From: Selaginella moellendorffii
Lineage: Eukaryota > Plantae > Lycopodiophyta
Direction: 5' to 3'
NCBI RefSeq assembly: GCF_000143415.4
Contig: NW_003314267.1
Location: 2,893,839-2,957,838 of the forward strand
DNA length: 64,000 nt
Position 1 is the stretch's first letter. Each line of letters opens with the position of its first letter. The notes under the pieces were generated by a model. It was not told the DNA's origin. It saw only the letters and a program-made list of their open reading frames with translations, and made no database searches. The translations under genes and the position numbers were made by a program. Positions 12,711 to 24,573 of this stretch are shown here, piece by piece.

Positions 12711-15700
12711 TATGGTAGCTTTGACTGGATTCTCAATAGTGATCTATGATGTGCTAAACTTATGTTAGTACCTTATTTCCTTAAGGTTTGCCTATTGAGG
12801 TGTTAGAAAAAGTTATAGCACTCAATTGTTATATGGAGTAGATTGTTGGATAAGAAGGTGTGAAGTTAAGGCATTAACATCACTAACACTGTTCTTAGTG
12901 GAAGTGGTATTGTTGATTCAAGTGATAAAGAGTTTTTCCTTGGAGCTTGAGTTTTCATGTCATTTTTCTTGTTAGTGTTTGGGATTCACATTGGATCTTG
13001 AAGGTGATTGAAGAAGAATTTTAGTGCAATATGGATATCCGAAGATGTGGTCTTTGTGATCAAGTTTTATTTTACATTTTGCAGATATTGGTGTTGGATT
13101 GGGAAATATGGGCAAAGATGTTCGATGCTTAAGCATATTGTTGAATTATGAGAATTTGTGATGAGGTGAACCTATATGAAGTTGTAGGTAAGAGGAAGTT
13201 GGTTGAGTTTTGAAAGTTTGTATTCTTGGACTGAGAGTCATCTTTCTCTATGATGAAAAATTTTCCACGAATTTTCTTAGACTTTTCCAATGGCTAATCT
13301 GTCGGTCACTTTGCTCGAAAACCATTCCATTTTAGTAAGCTAATACAAACTAGTGAAAGGGTTGAAGTCGACTTTAATTGGCTTAGATCTTAGTAGGCAG
13401 TTTGTATGATGCGACCCGAAAGGGATGCTAACTTTTAGGGCTAAGGCAATTGAGTTGGATAGAGTGTAGAGTTGGTGTCGAAAAGTGGCCATTGCGTTTT
13501 TCTAAGAAAGGTGACCTTTGTGCCTTTCTTCTATAGTGTTGTACTTAGTGGCAGATTGCATCTTGCATTTTATTAGACTCTATAAGAGAGTGAGCTCTCA
13601 CTGATCTTGACTTGGTTTTGGTGACCCTGCGCCTTAGTTGAGGATGGTGATGTCCAACTTAGTTGTTTGAGGTTAAGATGTTAGTACCTGTACTATAGCT
13701 TTGTTTATGAGGAGGTTGTGTACCGATATGAGTTTATCTCATGGTCTACACTTTAGTTTCAACTAAGTGTTGATCATGCATAGCTAGTCTCTTCAAGGCA
13801 TACTCAAAGCTATTGGCTAGACATGTTGGTGAGCTTATTATGGTTGAGTTGGATTTGAGTAGTCATTTAGTTTGTGTTTGTCTATGAACCTTTATCTTGT
13901 GCCTGGGGTATTACATTGATATTAGACAAGTATATGACTCAATGACATGAGCTTAGTGTTTGGGTCTTGTGGAGGCAAGTTGAAGAGTGGTTGCTAGTTG
14001 CTTTGTGACTTGTGATTGCTTGTAAACTTCATCGAAGACTGTTTGACACTTGTTTCGTTCGATAATGATTTAGCAATGCTAGGTTTGCTTTACTAAATGG
14101 TGTTGTGAAGGATTGTGTTGTTAAACTTGCATGGTTTTCCATGTTGGCATGTCATCTCTACCTTTGTCGATATCATTCAGTTGTGTTTAGTCTTTGATGT
14201 TGGATTTCATTGCGTCTTGGATGTGGTGATTCACTCTTTGATGATGTGTTATTTGTAACTAAGTTTTGCTGAAGAACTAGTCTTAGATACTGACTAAGGT
14301 ATCTTCGACTTTGGCTAGCTTGGCTACTAAAGAGCTTTAAGTGGTGATTCACTTATGCTTTCTTTTAGCTTTGTTATAATGTTGATGGCATTGAAGTGAT
14401 GCCTTATCATTGACAATTTTGATTTTGAGATTTGAGTGAAATGAGATGTCTCTCTGTAGGATTGATATTGAGTTTCATTAGTCTTGATAGAGATATTGTT
14501 GATAATTTAGTTGTAGCTTTGTGTTATTAGCATTTTTGCATTTGCTAGTTAGCAACTATATTGACATTCAAACGAACTAAGAAGCAAGTTTGAGTTAGTT
14601 GTGTTCTAGATGAAATTGTTTAGTAGGGGTTGAGCTTTGAGCTTTTCCTTGAAAAGTGATTCAGTCGTGGACTATACTAACTTTACAAGTGAAAGAGTTA
14701 GTGATTGATATTGAAGTGATTGAATCTATGTTAGATTTTAGTTGGGATATATCAATCATTGATGATTTCTCTTGGGCTTGTTATGAAGTGAGTTACATCA
14801 TGCTATAGATGAATTCATGAAGGATCGTTATATGATCACTTGTTGAGCATATCTCCATTGTGCTTGGCTTTTTTATTGATGCAAATATGCTCTTCATTAG
14901 CTTAAGCATTATAAAGTTTAGCTTATGGATATGTTGAGGAAGATATTGTGGGTTATACGATGATGTCTCTTTAGCATTGAAATTAGTTTATACAAGACTC
15001 ATGATCATTGTTACGCAAGACTTGGCTATAGACTTTTTCAAGCTTTTGGTTCCTTGAGTTTTCATGTTTGTGGTCCATTTGTTAGAAGTTGTTGAGGAAG
15101 GCATTTTGGCTCATTAGCTTCGATATTGAAGTTGGATTTTACATCTAGTAATCATTGGTGATGAATGACTATCATCTAGCATAGTTGATTATCCTTATCA
15201 AAAGGTTTTGCATGATTGTTGGTATTAAATGATTTGCCATTCTTTAGAATGGTGGATTCTTTCTTCGACAATGATTATACATCTTTTCATTAATGGGATG
15301 ATTGATTTTTTTATGATAGTTAATCATTCTCTTTAATAACTTATAACTTTTCATATTACCTCATTTTCTTTGTGATTTGCTCTGAATTGGTCTGTTGGGT
15401 TTGAGACATTAATAGGATGTTGCTAACATTTGCTTAAGCAACTCTAGTTCCTTAGTATTATTGACCAGGATATATTCAGATTGATTGATGCGATAGTTGG
15501 TATGAATAAGTGTTTGTTGGTCTTACTACATTTATTCTGTTTTGTTGATTATTGCTCGAGTTAGTTCTAATAGATTAGGATATTATTTCCTTCGGGTGAT
15601 ATATTCGCGAGGATCTTGCTTGCTAGTCAATGATACTTTGTGTTTTTTGAATTGTCTTTCATAAGTTGTTTGGGATACTATCTGAAATCTTTGGTAGTTA

Positions 15701-16453
15701 AGCTTTTTCATAGAGTTTTCTCTATGATACACTTGCTATTGAATTTTGTTTAATAGTGAATCTTATGTTTTCCAATGATAGTGATCTTGGTGGTTCCTAT
15801 ACTCAAATACTGGTTTATCAGATGATAACTTACTTAGAATACTTTTATGTTCTAATCTAAGATATATTCATTGATAATTAAGTCTCTAACATATTATTGT
15901 CTATGACTTTGATATTGTCCATCTATTGATCTTTGAAGTTTGGGCTAGTATAGACAGACTGGCTTTGACATTTCGTGTACATGGTGAAATCTTTAGTCAT
16001 AGGGTAGCTACTATCAACTGGTCACATCACCCGCCACTCTGCTGATGTTCCTTATTCCGTTAAAAGGGGGTGACCGTGTAAACAACTCTAACTATCTGTT
16101 TATAGTAATCTATCTAAACCTTACCGACGAGTTTGGTTTTTTTGCTCAAAAGGGTTGGGGCCTTTACCTTCTCTGTCTATGTCCCCATGAGTAGGGGCGT
16201 ATCACACTTTTGTAAGCTGGGTGACACCCAGAGCAACAAGGGTGGCTAACTCCGTTAGTTATTTCCTTGTCGGCGATAGTTGGAAGGTGTTTGAGCTAGT
16301 AGTGCATCCGTATTAGACAAAGAGGTTGCCTTCTAACTCATTTAAGTTGGTGCATTTCTCACATAGTGTGAATATCGTGAACTTTTTCTGGAGTTGTTTC
16401 TTTGACGTTATTCTAGACTGGAGTATACATCGACGAGGATGTCGATCTTCCCT
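12711..16453. other. Unexplained, heavily decayed T/G-skewed sequence, probably the interior of an old retroelement
   Basis: No ORF of 60 aa or more across 3.7 kb; strong strand asymmetry; lies immediately 5' of a PPT and LTR-like junction. Confidence 0.4.
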
Positions 16454-16684
16454 AGGGGAGAGAGTGTTGTGAATATGACTTCAAGTATTGAAAGTTACCT
16501 GTCGGCCAGTCCTTATGGACACTCTTTCCTTACTGCCACAATGGCATGAGGTTCGTATTGCTAGACCCTTTATCAATCCCTCTTGTTCAAGTGTTAACAA
16601 ACTAGACTTTGCATCTGTACTTGGCCGGATGAGCATAAGGACGGAATTCCTAAGTATCTATTTGGCCAAGCATACTTGGCCTGG
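16454..16684 (+). mobile_element. PPT and start of an LTR of a different gypsy-like family, interrupted at 16685
   Basis: GAGGATGTCGATCTTCCCT-AGGGGAGAGAG-TGT-TGTGAA; similar layout to the GAGGACATCGAAC...PPT-TG junction of the main family. Confidence 0.5.
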
Positions 16685-18600
16685 TGTAAGCGACTAAATT
16701 TTCCATCTTACTTTAGTCACTTAACCACACCTCTGACCACTTGGAGGAGTCTCATTGACAACCTCCATAAGTCCAACTCAGGACTTGCTAGCCCCGAGAA
16801 TGGCATCCATGCCACTCAACCTTAGCACTTGGTCCAAGTGCTCTACGTGTTCGATCCCATGATCAACACCCCAAGGTATCACCGACGTACCGGCCCGTTA
16901 TGCTAAGGCCATGCCCATTTACCTTGGTCACACTAGTGGTCCAACACCACTTGCATCACCGTCTTGGCCCTCCAAGACTAGGCAAACCATCCGTGAGTGG
17001 TCATCTCAGATCCACTCCTTAGCATCCTTAGGATGCCCACCGACAAGGGGAATAGCCTTCCCCAATATCCCTATGTCAGTCCCCACTAAGTCCCTTTCTG
17101 CCCCTGGCCGTGTTTGCCAACACTGCCACTGGATCGAGACCCACAGGCCCGACCACTAAGTCCCACGGTCCTCTGGGACTTCCTCACCACACGACTGTGT
17201 CCTTGGTCACTACCCCAGAGGACTGCTCCTCTTCCTTTCCACAGTCTGGGCCTTTGGGACAACATTTCGGAACACCGTGGCCTTACGCGAGCCACCTGGG
17301 TACTCTCCTCGCCTTCTGCCCTTGGGTGCTCTAGCCATGGGCTTAGAGTGGGTTCCATTGAGCCTTACCAGGTATCCAAGTAGGTAGTGCCACCCACACT
17401 TGGACTGGGAGCATCGGCCAGTCGATCTCCCGGGGGAACTAGAGCCGGCTCTTGAACACTTCACCAAGCTACCCCGCTTGTCGGTCCGTATTCACTCTAG
17501 TCTTGGACTTCCCAGTGGTCAGTTCATCACCCAACACTGGGTCTGGCCTTCCTGGGCCAAACTGGCCTTTCCTGGCCAAACTGGCTCCACTGCAGTCCTC
17601 CCCCTACTATACTTTTGGAGCTCACCAAACCCCCCAGGGTCTGGGAGACGAACGCTTTGGGCTTTCACCCTCTCAGACTCGAACTCGGACTCGGACTCGG
17701 ACTCGGACTCGGACTCGGACTCGGACTCAGACTCAGACTCGGACTCGGACTTGGGCTCGGGCTCGGTCTCGGCCTCGGTCTCGTTCTCGTTCTCGGTCCC
17801 GATCTCGGTCTCGGTCTTGGTCTCGGTCTCGGTCCCGGTCTCGGTCTCGACTTCAGACTCCATCTCGGACTCCATCTCGGACTCCATCTTGGACTCCATC
17901 TCGGGTCCATCTCAGACTCCATCTCGGGTCCATCTCGGACTCCATTTCGGGTCCATCTCGGGTCCATCTCGGGTCCATCTCGGACTCCATCTCGGACTCC
18001 ATTTCGGGTCCATCTCGGGTCCACCTCGGACTCCATTTCGGGTCCATCTCGGACTCCATCTCGGGTCCATCTCGGGTCCATCTCGGACTCCACTTCGGAC
18101 TCCAACTCGGGTCCATCTCGGACTCCACTTCGGACTCCAACTCGGGTCCATCTCGGACTCCACTTCGGACTCCATTTCGGGTCCATCTCGGACTCCACTT
18201 CGGACTCCAACTCGAGTCCATCTCGGACTCCACTTCGGACTCCAACTCATGTCCATCTCGGACTCCACTTCGGACTCCAACTCGAGTCCATCTCGGACTC
18301 CGCTTCGGACTCCAACTCGAGTCCATCTCGGACTCCACTTCGGACTCCAACTCGAGTCCATCTCGGACACTTCCACGTGTCATGTGTTGGTCCTTTTGGG
18401 TCCCTTTTTGGAGCCTCGCTTTTTGCTTGCTTCGTGCTCGTTCCTCGAGCACTTCTTTGGGAGTTCCACTCCCGCTCTTGACATTTCAAGTCAGAGCTTT
18501 TGGTCCAAACGTGTTACGCTTGTTTGGCTCTCGCTTCAGCCACTACCACGTGGCACCCTTTCCGGCTCCACTTTGGGGCCTAGGGGTTTTGTGTCTCACA
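16685..18600 (-). repeat. 3' LTR (1916 bp)
   Basis: TGTAAGCGAC...GTGTCTCACA; preceded on the minus strand by the PPT. Confidence 0.93.
17676..18368. repeat. Compound tandem array: (GACTCG)n, (GGTCTC)n, 11/12-mers GG[G/AC]TCCATCTC, ~35-bp higher-order unit
   Basis: Read directly from the sequence; equivalent arrays of different length lie at ~405-920, 2368-2730, 6230-6475, 9585-9900, 11550-12152 and 23655-24341. Confidence 0.95.
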
Positions 18601-18614
18601 ACTCCACCACCCAT
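18601..18614 (-). other. Polypurine tract
   Basis: ATGGGTGGTGGAGT immediately upstream of the 3' LTR on the minus strand. Confidence 0.8.
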
Positions 18615-21600
18615 AGACGAAGTTCGATGTCCTCATCGAACGGTACACCCTTTTATAAAGTAACACTCGCAGGTATTACCATTTCCATCCTTGGCACCCC
18701 GCCAATATTTGTCCATAGTTTGACCCCGAAGGCTCACCATGCCTTGTCCATCCTCTAAGGAGGATAGTCTCTCCAACTTAGAGACTGATTGGGCCACTTG
18801 TGGTGGTTCTTTCCGTTTATTGGTTTAGTTCTCGCTAAACCCGTTAGAGACACCCTCTCTAACTCAATTCCGCTACTCATTCTTGAGTAGTCACCGATTC
18901 CATTGATCTACCTTTGCACTTTGGAACGTTTACTTTTGACTTCTTGAAGTCAATTTTCCTAGGTGTCTCCAACACCTTGCATTGCACAGATTGTGCGACT
19001 CCACTTCCCTATCCTAGGAAGTTCATTACTTGAGGGCACCATCATCCTCTCTTCTATTTCGTGCCACCTTGGGCACTAAGTTCCATTTATCACACTTTGT
19101 GCTAGGGTTGTCCATCGCCCTATCATTTGGCTACCTTACCGCTCCCTCCCTTGGAGCTTCCACTTTCGCCAAATCGGAGCAATTCGGAATCCATCCTTGG
19201 AAACAACTTCCTTTCCCGCAATTTGTTAGCGTCCAACACATTAGTGTTCCTCACCTAACTTTGTCACTTGGATTCCTTCCCAGGGATTCCATGGCCCTAT
19301 CTTGGCCACTCATCTTTTGCTCCTATCCGTTGATTGTTGCACCAAGCAACATCGAATCTCTACCTCCCTCCTTGAGGTATTCTTTTAATTCCATAGCAAA
19401 GGCTCTGCTTTGCCAAGACTAGGGTGTTCACCCCTAGTAAGTCTCTTTTAGCATCTTCTGCTGTGGGCTCTATCCTCGGCCCAACTTTGTGACCCTCTCA
19501 TGGGTCTCTTTAGAGACTACTTTCCTTGGACACACTATGCCATCGCAATGACATAGCTCATTTCCCTAAGGTGCTTTTCCCACTTGGTCACCTTGACCAA
19601 GCCACACCATCATCAATAGTTCAAATCAACACTTTGAACTAGGAACCTTATTCCTTAACCCAAACAAGGACCTTGTCCTTATTTAGCCACAAGATCACCT
19701 AGTGATCTCACCTCGGCACCTTAACAGGTTTGCCAATAGGTACTAGGTCTTCCAGACCTTTAACTTGTTAACTACGACCCCGGGGGCATCCCCCACACTT
19801 GGCAGTGCGCCCAAGCCAGCCCTTCCGGCCAAGGGTCCATAGCAACTGAGATTAGGTGTCCCCATCTCACTCACCACGTCCTTGGTGCCACTTGCACCAA
19901 AGCGTTCAAGTTAGATATGCCGAGCTTTCACACTAAGCAATCTAACCGTGCATCACGACTCCGAGGCATCCCTCGCTTGGCGGTGTGCCCAAACCAGTCT
20001 CCCCACTGAGAGTCCATGACCACCGAAATATGAGTGTCCTCATATTCCAAACCATCACCACGCCCTAGTGATTTGGGACTCGAACCCAAGCACTAGAGGG
20101 TCGGGACTCGAACCCAACCTCCGTATATGCATCTACAGACGGCATCATACAAGATGCCTGGCGTGACTCCCCACGCCGGTGCACCGACTTATTTTTAAAG
20201 CGCGCTACAGATCACAGCTTAGGAACCTAGTTCCTCCACACTGCCAAGTCCTCTCACTTGACAAGTCTGTGATCATGCATGGACTCCTCCATGCTTGGCC
20301 CCATGGCCCACCCCTTTTGAAGTTATCACCTTCAACTAGGGTATTTGTTCCCCCGACGTGCCAATCTCGCTTAGCAAGTCCTCCGACCACTGTAACATGG
20401 TTCCTGCATAAGCGTGAAAGTCCTTGACCATCGACTTTCGTTCAAAGCCCTCTCTTTGAACACTCGGGAACTACTTCCCTAACCTTGATAGCCTTGCCTC
20501 ATGGCAAGCTTCAAGACCACGCTTCTGCTGTGCCACTCTGATTTCGCGCGTTCCATGAACCATTTACACTTGGCCTTTCTAGGTACTAAGCTACTTAGAA
20601 TCGTCTTTGGGAACCTTGAAGGAACTCTGTCCCTCAGCTTGCTAAGGCCTCCCTTTTTGCAAGCCTTCAAAATGCCACATAGTTTAACATGGACAATTCT
20701 ATATTTTAGACTCTCCATGGCATCACGGTTGCTAGCGGCAACACCCTCGAGCCCCCACTTGATTCTCCACTCCCAGCTGGCATAACCAACCTTGGTTATG
20801 CCCTTTGATTCCTATGGTTCGGTTCTATCCCCTTACTTCTTGCTTTTTGGCTTCACACCTTTCCTTTGGTCATTCTCCTCCAGACCAGGAGGATAACTTT
20901 GCACTTTTTATCACGCTTTAGCAAGTATTCTTAGGGATGAACCTACCCAATAGCCTAGGGAGTGGTTCCTCAATCTGGGTATGCTCACCTTATAATCCCA
21001 CACACTGGGATTACATTGTTGCTTATGGGCTTTTACATGCCCATCACTAGCCTTGCCAAAATTCCATTTTTGGCTTTGTCCAACTCGGGTAGACAGTCCT
21101 CTCCTGTCTCCACAACCTTGGACATTTGGATAGCACCTTCTATCCATCATTCGCTAGGGACTTAGTCCCTTGGGCTTTATCCATTGCCCTTGCGACATCA
21201 AACACCACCTTCTGGTGTTCTAGAGTGTCCGAGTGTCTCAATGATGGCTTCCTTGACAATGAGTATTTCCTTTTATGACATTGACTTACTATATCGCAGC
21301 ACAAGCAACTTATCCCCCGTAAGGGTATATCCAACTTCCTTATGCTATTAAGAAGTCTTGGGGAGCTACCTTCTACCCGTTTAACCAGTTATTTTGCACC
21401 TCTTGCTTAGTTGCCTCATAGTTGTCAAGTCCTACAACTCATTACTTGGTGCTTTCACACCTCCATCATTATCTGGGTCACCACACTCCAACTGCATGCT
21501 CTGCAGCTTAGGCTATGCCATTCCCATTTCCATTGGGATTCCTTTGGCAAGGGGTTCTCATGAACCCACCAACATAGCCTTAAGGTATCACACCTTGGCA

Positions 21601-22648
21601 CATTTGGTGTCTCCACACCATCGGCTCCACGAGCCTACCTCTATGACATTTCCCTTTCGTGTTTAAGTCTTTGCCAAGACCAACACCGCTCTTTCTCATG
21701 CCAACCATCCGTTAGCACTTCCCCATAGAGGTCACACACAACTTTATGTCAAAGTTGTTTTCTTCTGGGAACACCTTTCCCATAACTTTAGCATGGCACA
21801 TTTTGCCATCGATGAGATACCCTCTATTCTCATCTTTAGATCCTATGATCCCCCCCAATCCTTTGTGGGGTACAACACACCTCAGTCCAAATGCTTCCAT
21901 CAGTCCTTTTAGGACCATTCCCTTGACTCTACTTGAGTCATCCAGCAGTTTTGGACTTGGTTAATCCACAGACCCGTAAGGTCCTACTTGTGAGGCACTA
22001 GCTCACTGGAATACACTTCTTGCATTCCTGTCCTACTCAAAAGGACTATTTTCACAAGTGTTACTCCGACACTTGATTTTGTTCTCTGGGGGCAACTTTT
22101 GCCCCTTAGGACTACTTGTCCATGTGATGAGAATACCACTCATCTCTAAGTACACCCCCCAACTCCTTGGGTTGTTCCAGCATTTATTAAAGGTAGCCCC
22201 GGCTACCATTTCAAGGACTTGAGTCCTCTTCCGTATTTGACCTCCCACGGTCATTACCTCTGGTCTCACATTCATGAGCACCAACCTCAACTATATGAGG
22301 ATAATCTTGTGACTCCTTTATTGTTTTGGAGTCTCTATCTTTCCCGTGATCCCAACTTTAGTTGTTTACCACAACAACCTTAGCCAATTTGCTGAGACAA
22401 ATGCTCATCCGGATCACATCCTCAATTCAATGAGGAAAACCTTGCACTGTTCCCAAGATCCCAAAGTCGTTGCATTATTGGCCCTTTTCTATCCACCACC
22501 TCGTCTACAAGTTCACACATGAACTGTAATGGAGAGCCATGTCTTCCCGACTTGCTACTCCTCAAGGATAGGCCCACTCCTTCGACCTTCCGATGCCAAC
22601 ACTAGTGGTGATATACTTGAGCACCAATAAAAGTCGGACTAAGGAACA

Positions 22649-22660
22649 GCTCTGATACCA
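22649..22660 (-). other. Primer-binding site, tRNA-iMet
   Basis: Exact TGGTATCAGAGC on minus, 3 nt from the 5' LTR end. Confidence 0.95.
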
Positions 22661-22663
22661 AGT

Positions 22664-23775
22664 TGTAAGCGACTAAATTTTCCATCTTACTTTAGTCACT
22701 TAACCACACCTCTGACCACTTGGAGGAGTCTCATTGACAACCTCCATAAGTCCAACTCAGGACTTGCTAGCCCCGAGAATGGCATCCATGCCACTCAACC
22801 TTAGCACTTGGTCCAAGTGCTCTACGTGTTCGATCCCATGATCGACACCCCAAGGTATCACCGACGTACCGGCCCGTTATGCTAAGGCCATGCCCATTTA
22901 CCTTGGTCACACTAGTGGTCCAACACCACTTGCATCACCGTCTTGGCCCTCCAAGACTAGGCAAACCATCCGTGAGTGGTCATCTCAGATCCACTCCTTA
23001 GCATCCTTAGGATGCCCACCGACAAGGGGAATAGCCTTCCCCAATATCCCTCTGTCAGTCCCCACTAAGTCCCTTTCTGCCTTTGGTCGTGTTTGCCAAC
23101 ACTGCCACTGGATCGAGACCCACAGGCTCGACCACTAAGTCCCACAGTCCTCTGGGACTTCCTCACCACACGACTGTGTCCTTGGTCATTACCCCAGAGG
23201 ACTGCTCCTCTTCCTTTCCATAGTCTGGGCCTTTGGGACAACATTTCGGAACACCGTGGCCTTACGCGAGCCACCTGGGTACTCTCCTCGCCTTCTGCCC
23301 TTGGGTGCTCTAGCCATGGGCTTAGAGCGGGTTCCGTTGAGCCACACCAGGTATCCAAGTAGGTAGTGCCACCCACACTTGGACTGGGAGCATCGGCCAG
23401 TCGATCTCCCGGGGGAACTAGAGCCGGCTCTTGAACACTTCACCAAGCTACCCCGCTTATCGGTCCGTATTCACTCTAGTCTTGGACTTCCCAGTGGTCA
23501 GTTCATCACCCAACACTGGGTCTGGCCTTCCTGGGCCAAACTGGCCTTTCCTGGCCAAACTGGCTCCACTGCAGTCCTCCCCCTACTATACTTTTGGAGC
23601 TCACCAAACCCCCCAGGGTCTGGGAGACGAACGCTTTGGGCTTTCACCCTCTCAGACTCGAACTCGGACTCGGACTCGGACTCGGACTCGGACTCGGACT
23701 CGGACTCAGACTCGGACTCGGACTTGGGCTCGGGCTCGGTCTCGGCCTCGATCTCATTCTCGTTCTCAGTCCCGA

Positions 23776-23807
<32 letters not shown>

Positions 23808-24573
23808 CCGGTCTTGGTCTCGACTTCGGACTCCATCTCGGACTCCATCTCGGGTCCATCTCGGACTCCATCTCGGGTCCATCTCGGACTCCATTTCGGG
23901 TCCATCTCAGACTCCATCTCGGGTCCATCTCGGACTCCATCTCGGACTCCATTTCGGGTCCATCTCGGGTCCACCTCGGACTCCATCTCGGACTCCATTT
24001 CGGGTCCATCTCGGGTCCACCTCGGACTCCATCTCGGACTCCATTTCGGGTCCATCTCGGGTCCACCTCGGACTCCATCTCGGGTCCATCTCGGACTCCA
24101 CTTCGGACTCCAACTCGGGTCCATCTCGGACTCCAATTCGGACTCCAACTCATGTCCATCTCGGACTCCACTTCGGACTCCAACTCGAGTTCATCTCGGA
24201 CTCCACTTCGGACTCCAACTCGAGTCCATCTCGGACTCCACTTCGGACTCCAACTCGAGTCCATCTCGGACTCCACTTCGGACTCCAACTCGAGTCCATC
24301 TCGGACTCCACTTCGGACTCCAACTTGGGTCCATCTCGGACACTTCCATGTGTCATGTGTTGGTCCTTTTGGGTCCCTTTTTGGAGCCTCGCTTTTTGCT
24401 CGCTTCGTGCTCGTTCCTCGAGCACTTCTTTGGGAGTTCCACTCCCGCTCTTGACTTTTCAAGTCGGAGCTTTTGGTCCAAACGTGTTACGCTCGTTTGG
24501 CTCTCGCTTCAGCCACTACCGCGTGGCACCCTTCCCGGCTCGACTTTGGGGCCTAGGGATTTTGTGTCTCACA
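22664..24573 (-). repeat. 5' LTR (1910 bp)
   Basis: Direct repeat of 16685-18600; adjacent PBS. Confidence 0.93.

Larger units (their letters stand above)
16685..24573 (-). mobile_element. Two-LTR non-autonomous (LARD-like) Ty3/gypsy-derived retrotransposon, 7.9 kb
   Basis: LTRs 16685-18600 and 22664-24573 (TG...CA), roughly 2% divergent outside the array by manual count; PBS and PPT present; 4-kb interior has no long ORF but retains a frameshifted pol remnant (VVSKDG...DLAKVEA, minus ~19153-19210). Confidence 0.9.

Noticed and set aside
17640-17680. Hammerhead-like string on minus strand CUGAGA-GGGU-GAAA-GCCC-AAAG (retrozyme hypothesis)
   Set aside because: Lacks core N7 and G12, has no proper stem I, and the CUGAGA part is not conserved in other copies; a site II (TGGGCT) promoter motif is the simpler reading. 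An Infernal scan with hammerhead models would settle it.
17676-18368. CRISPR-like or telomeric array
   Set aside because: No unique spacers or cas genes, eukaryotic context, and the unit is not TTTAGGG.
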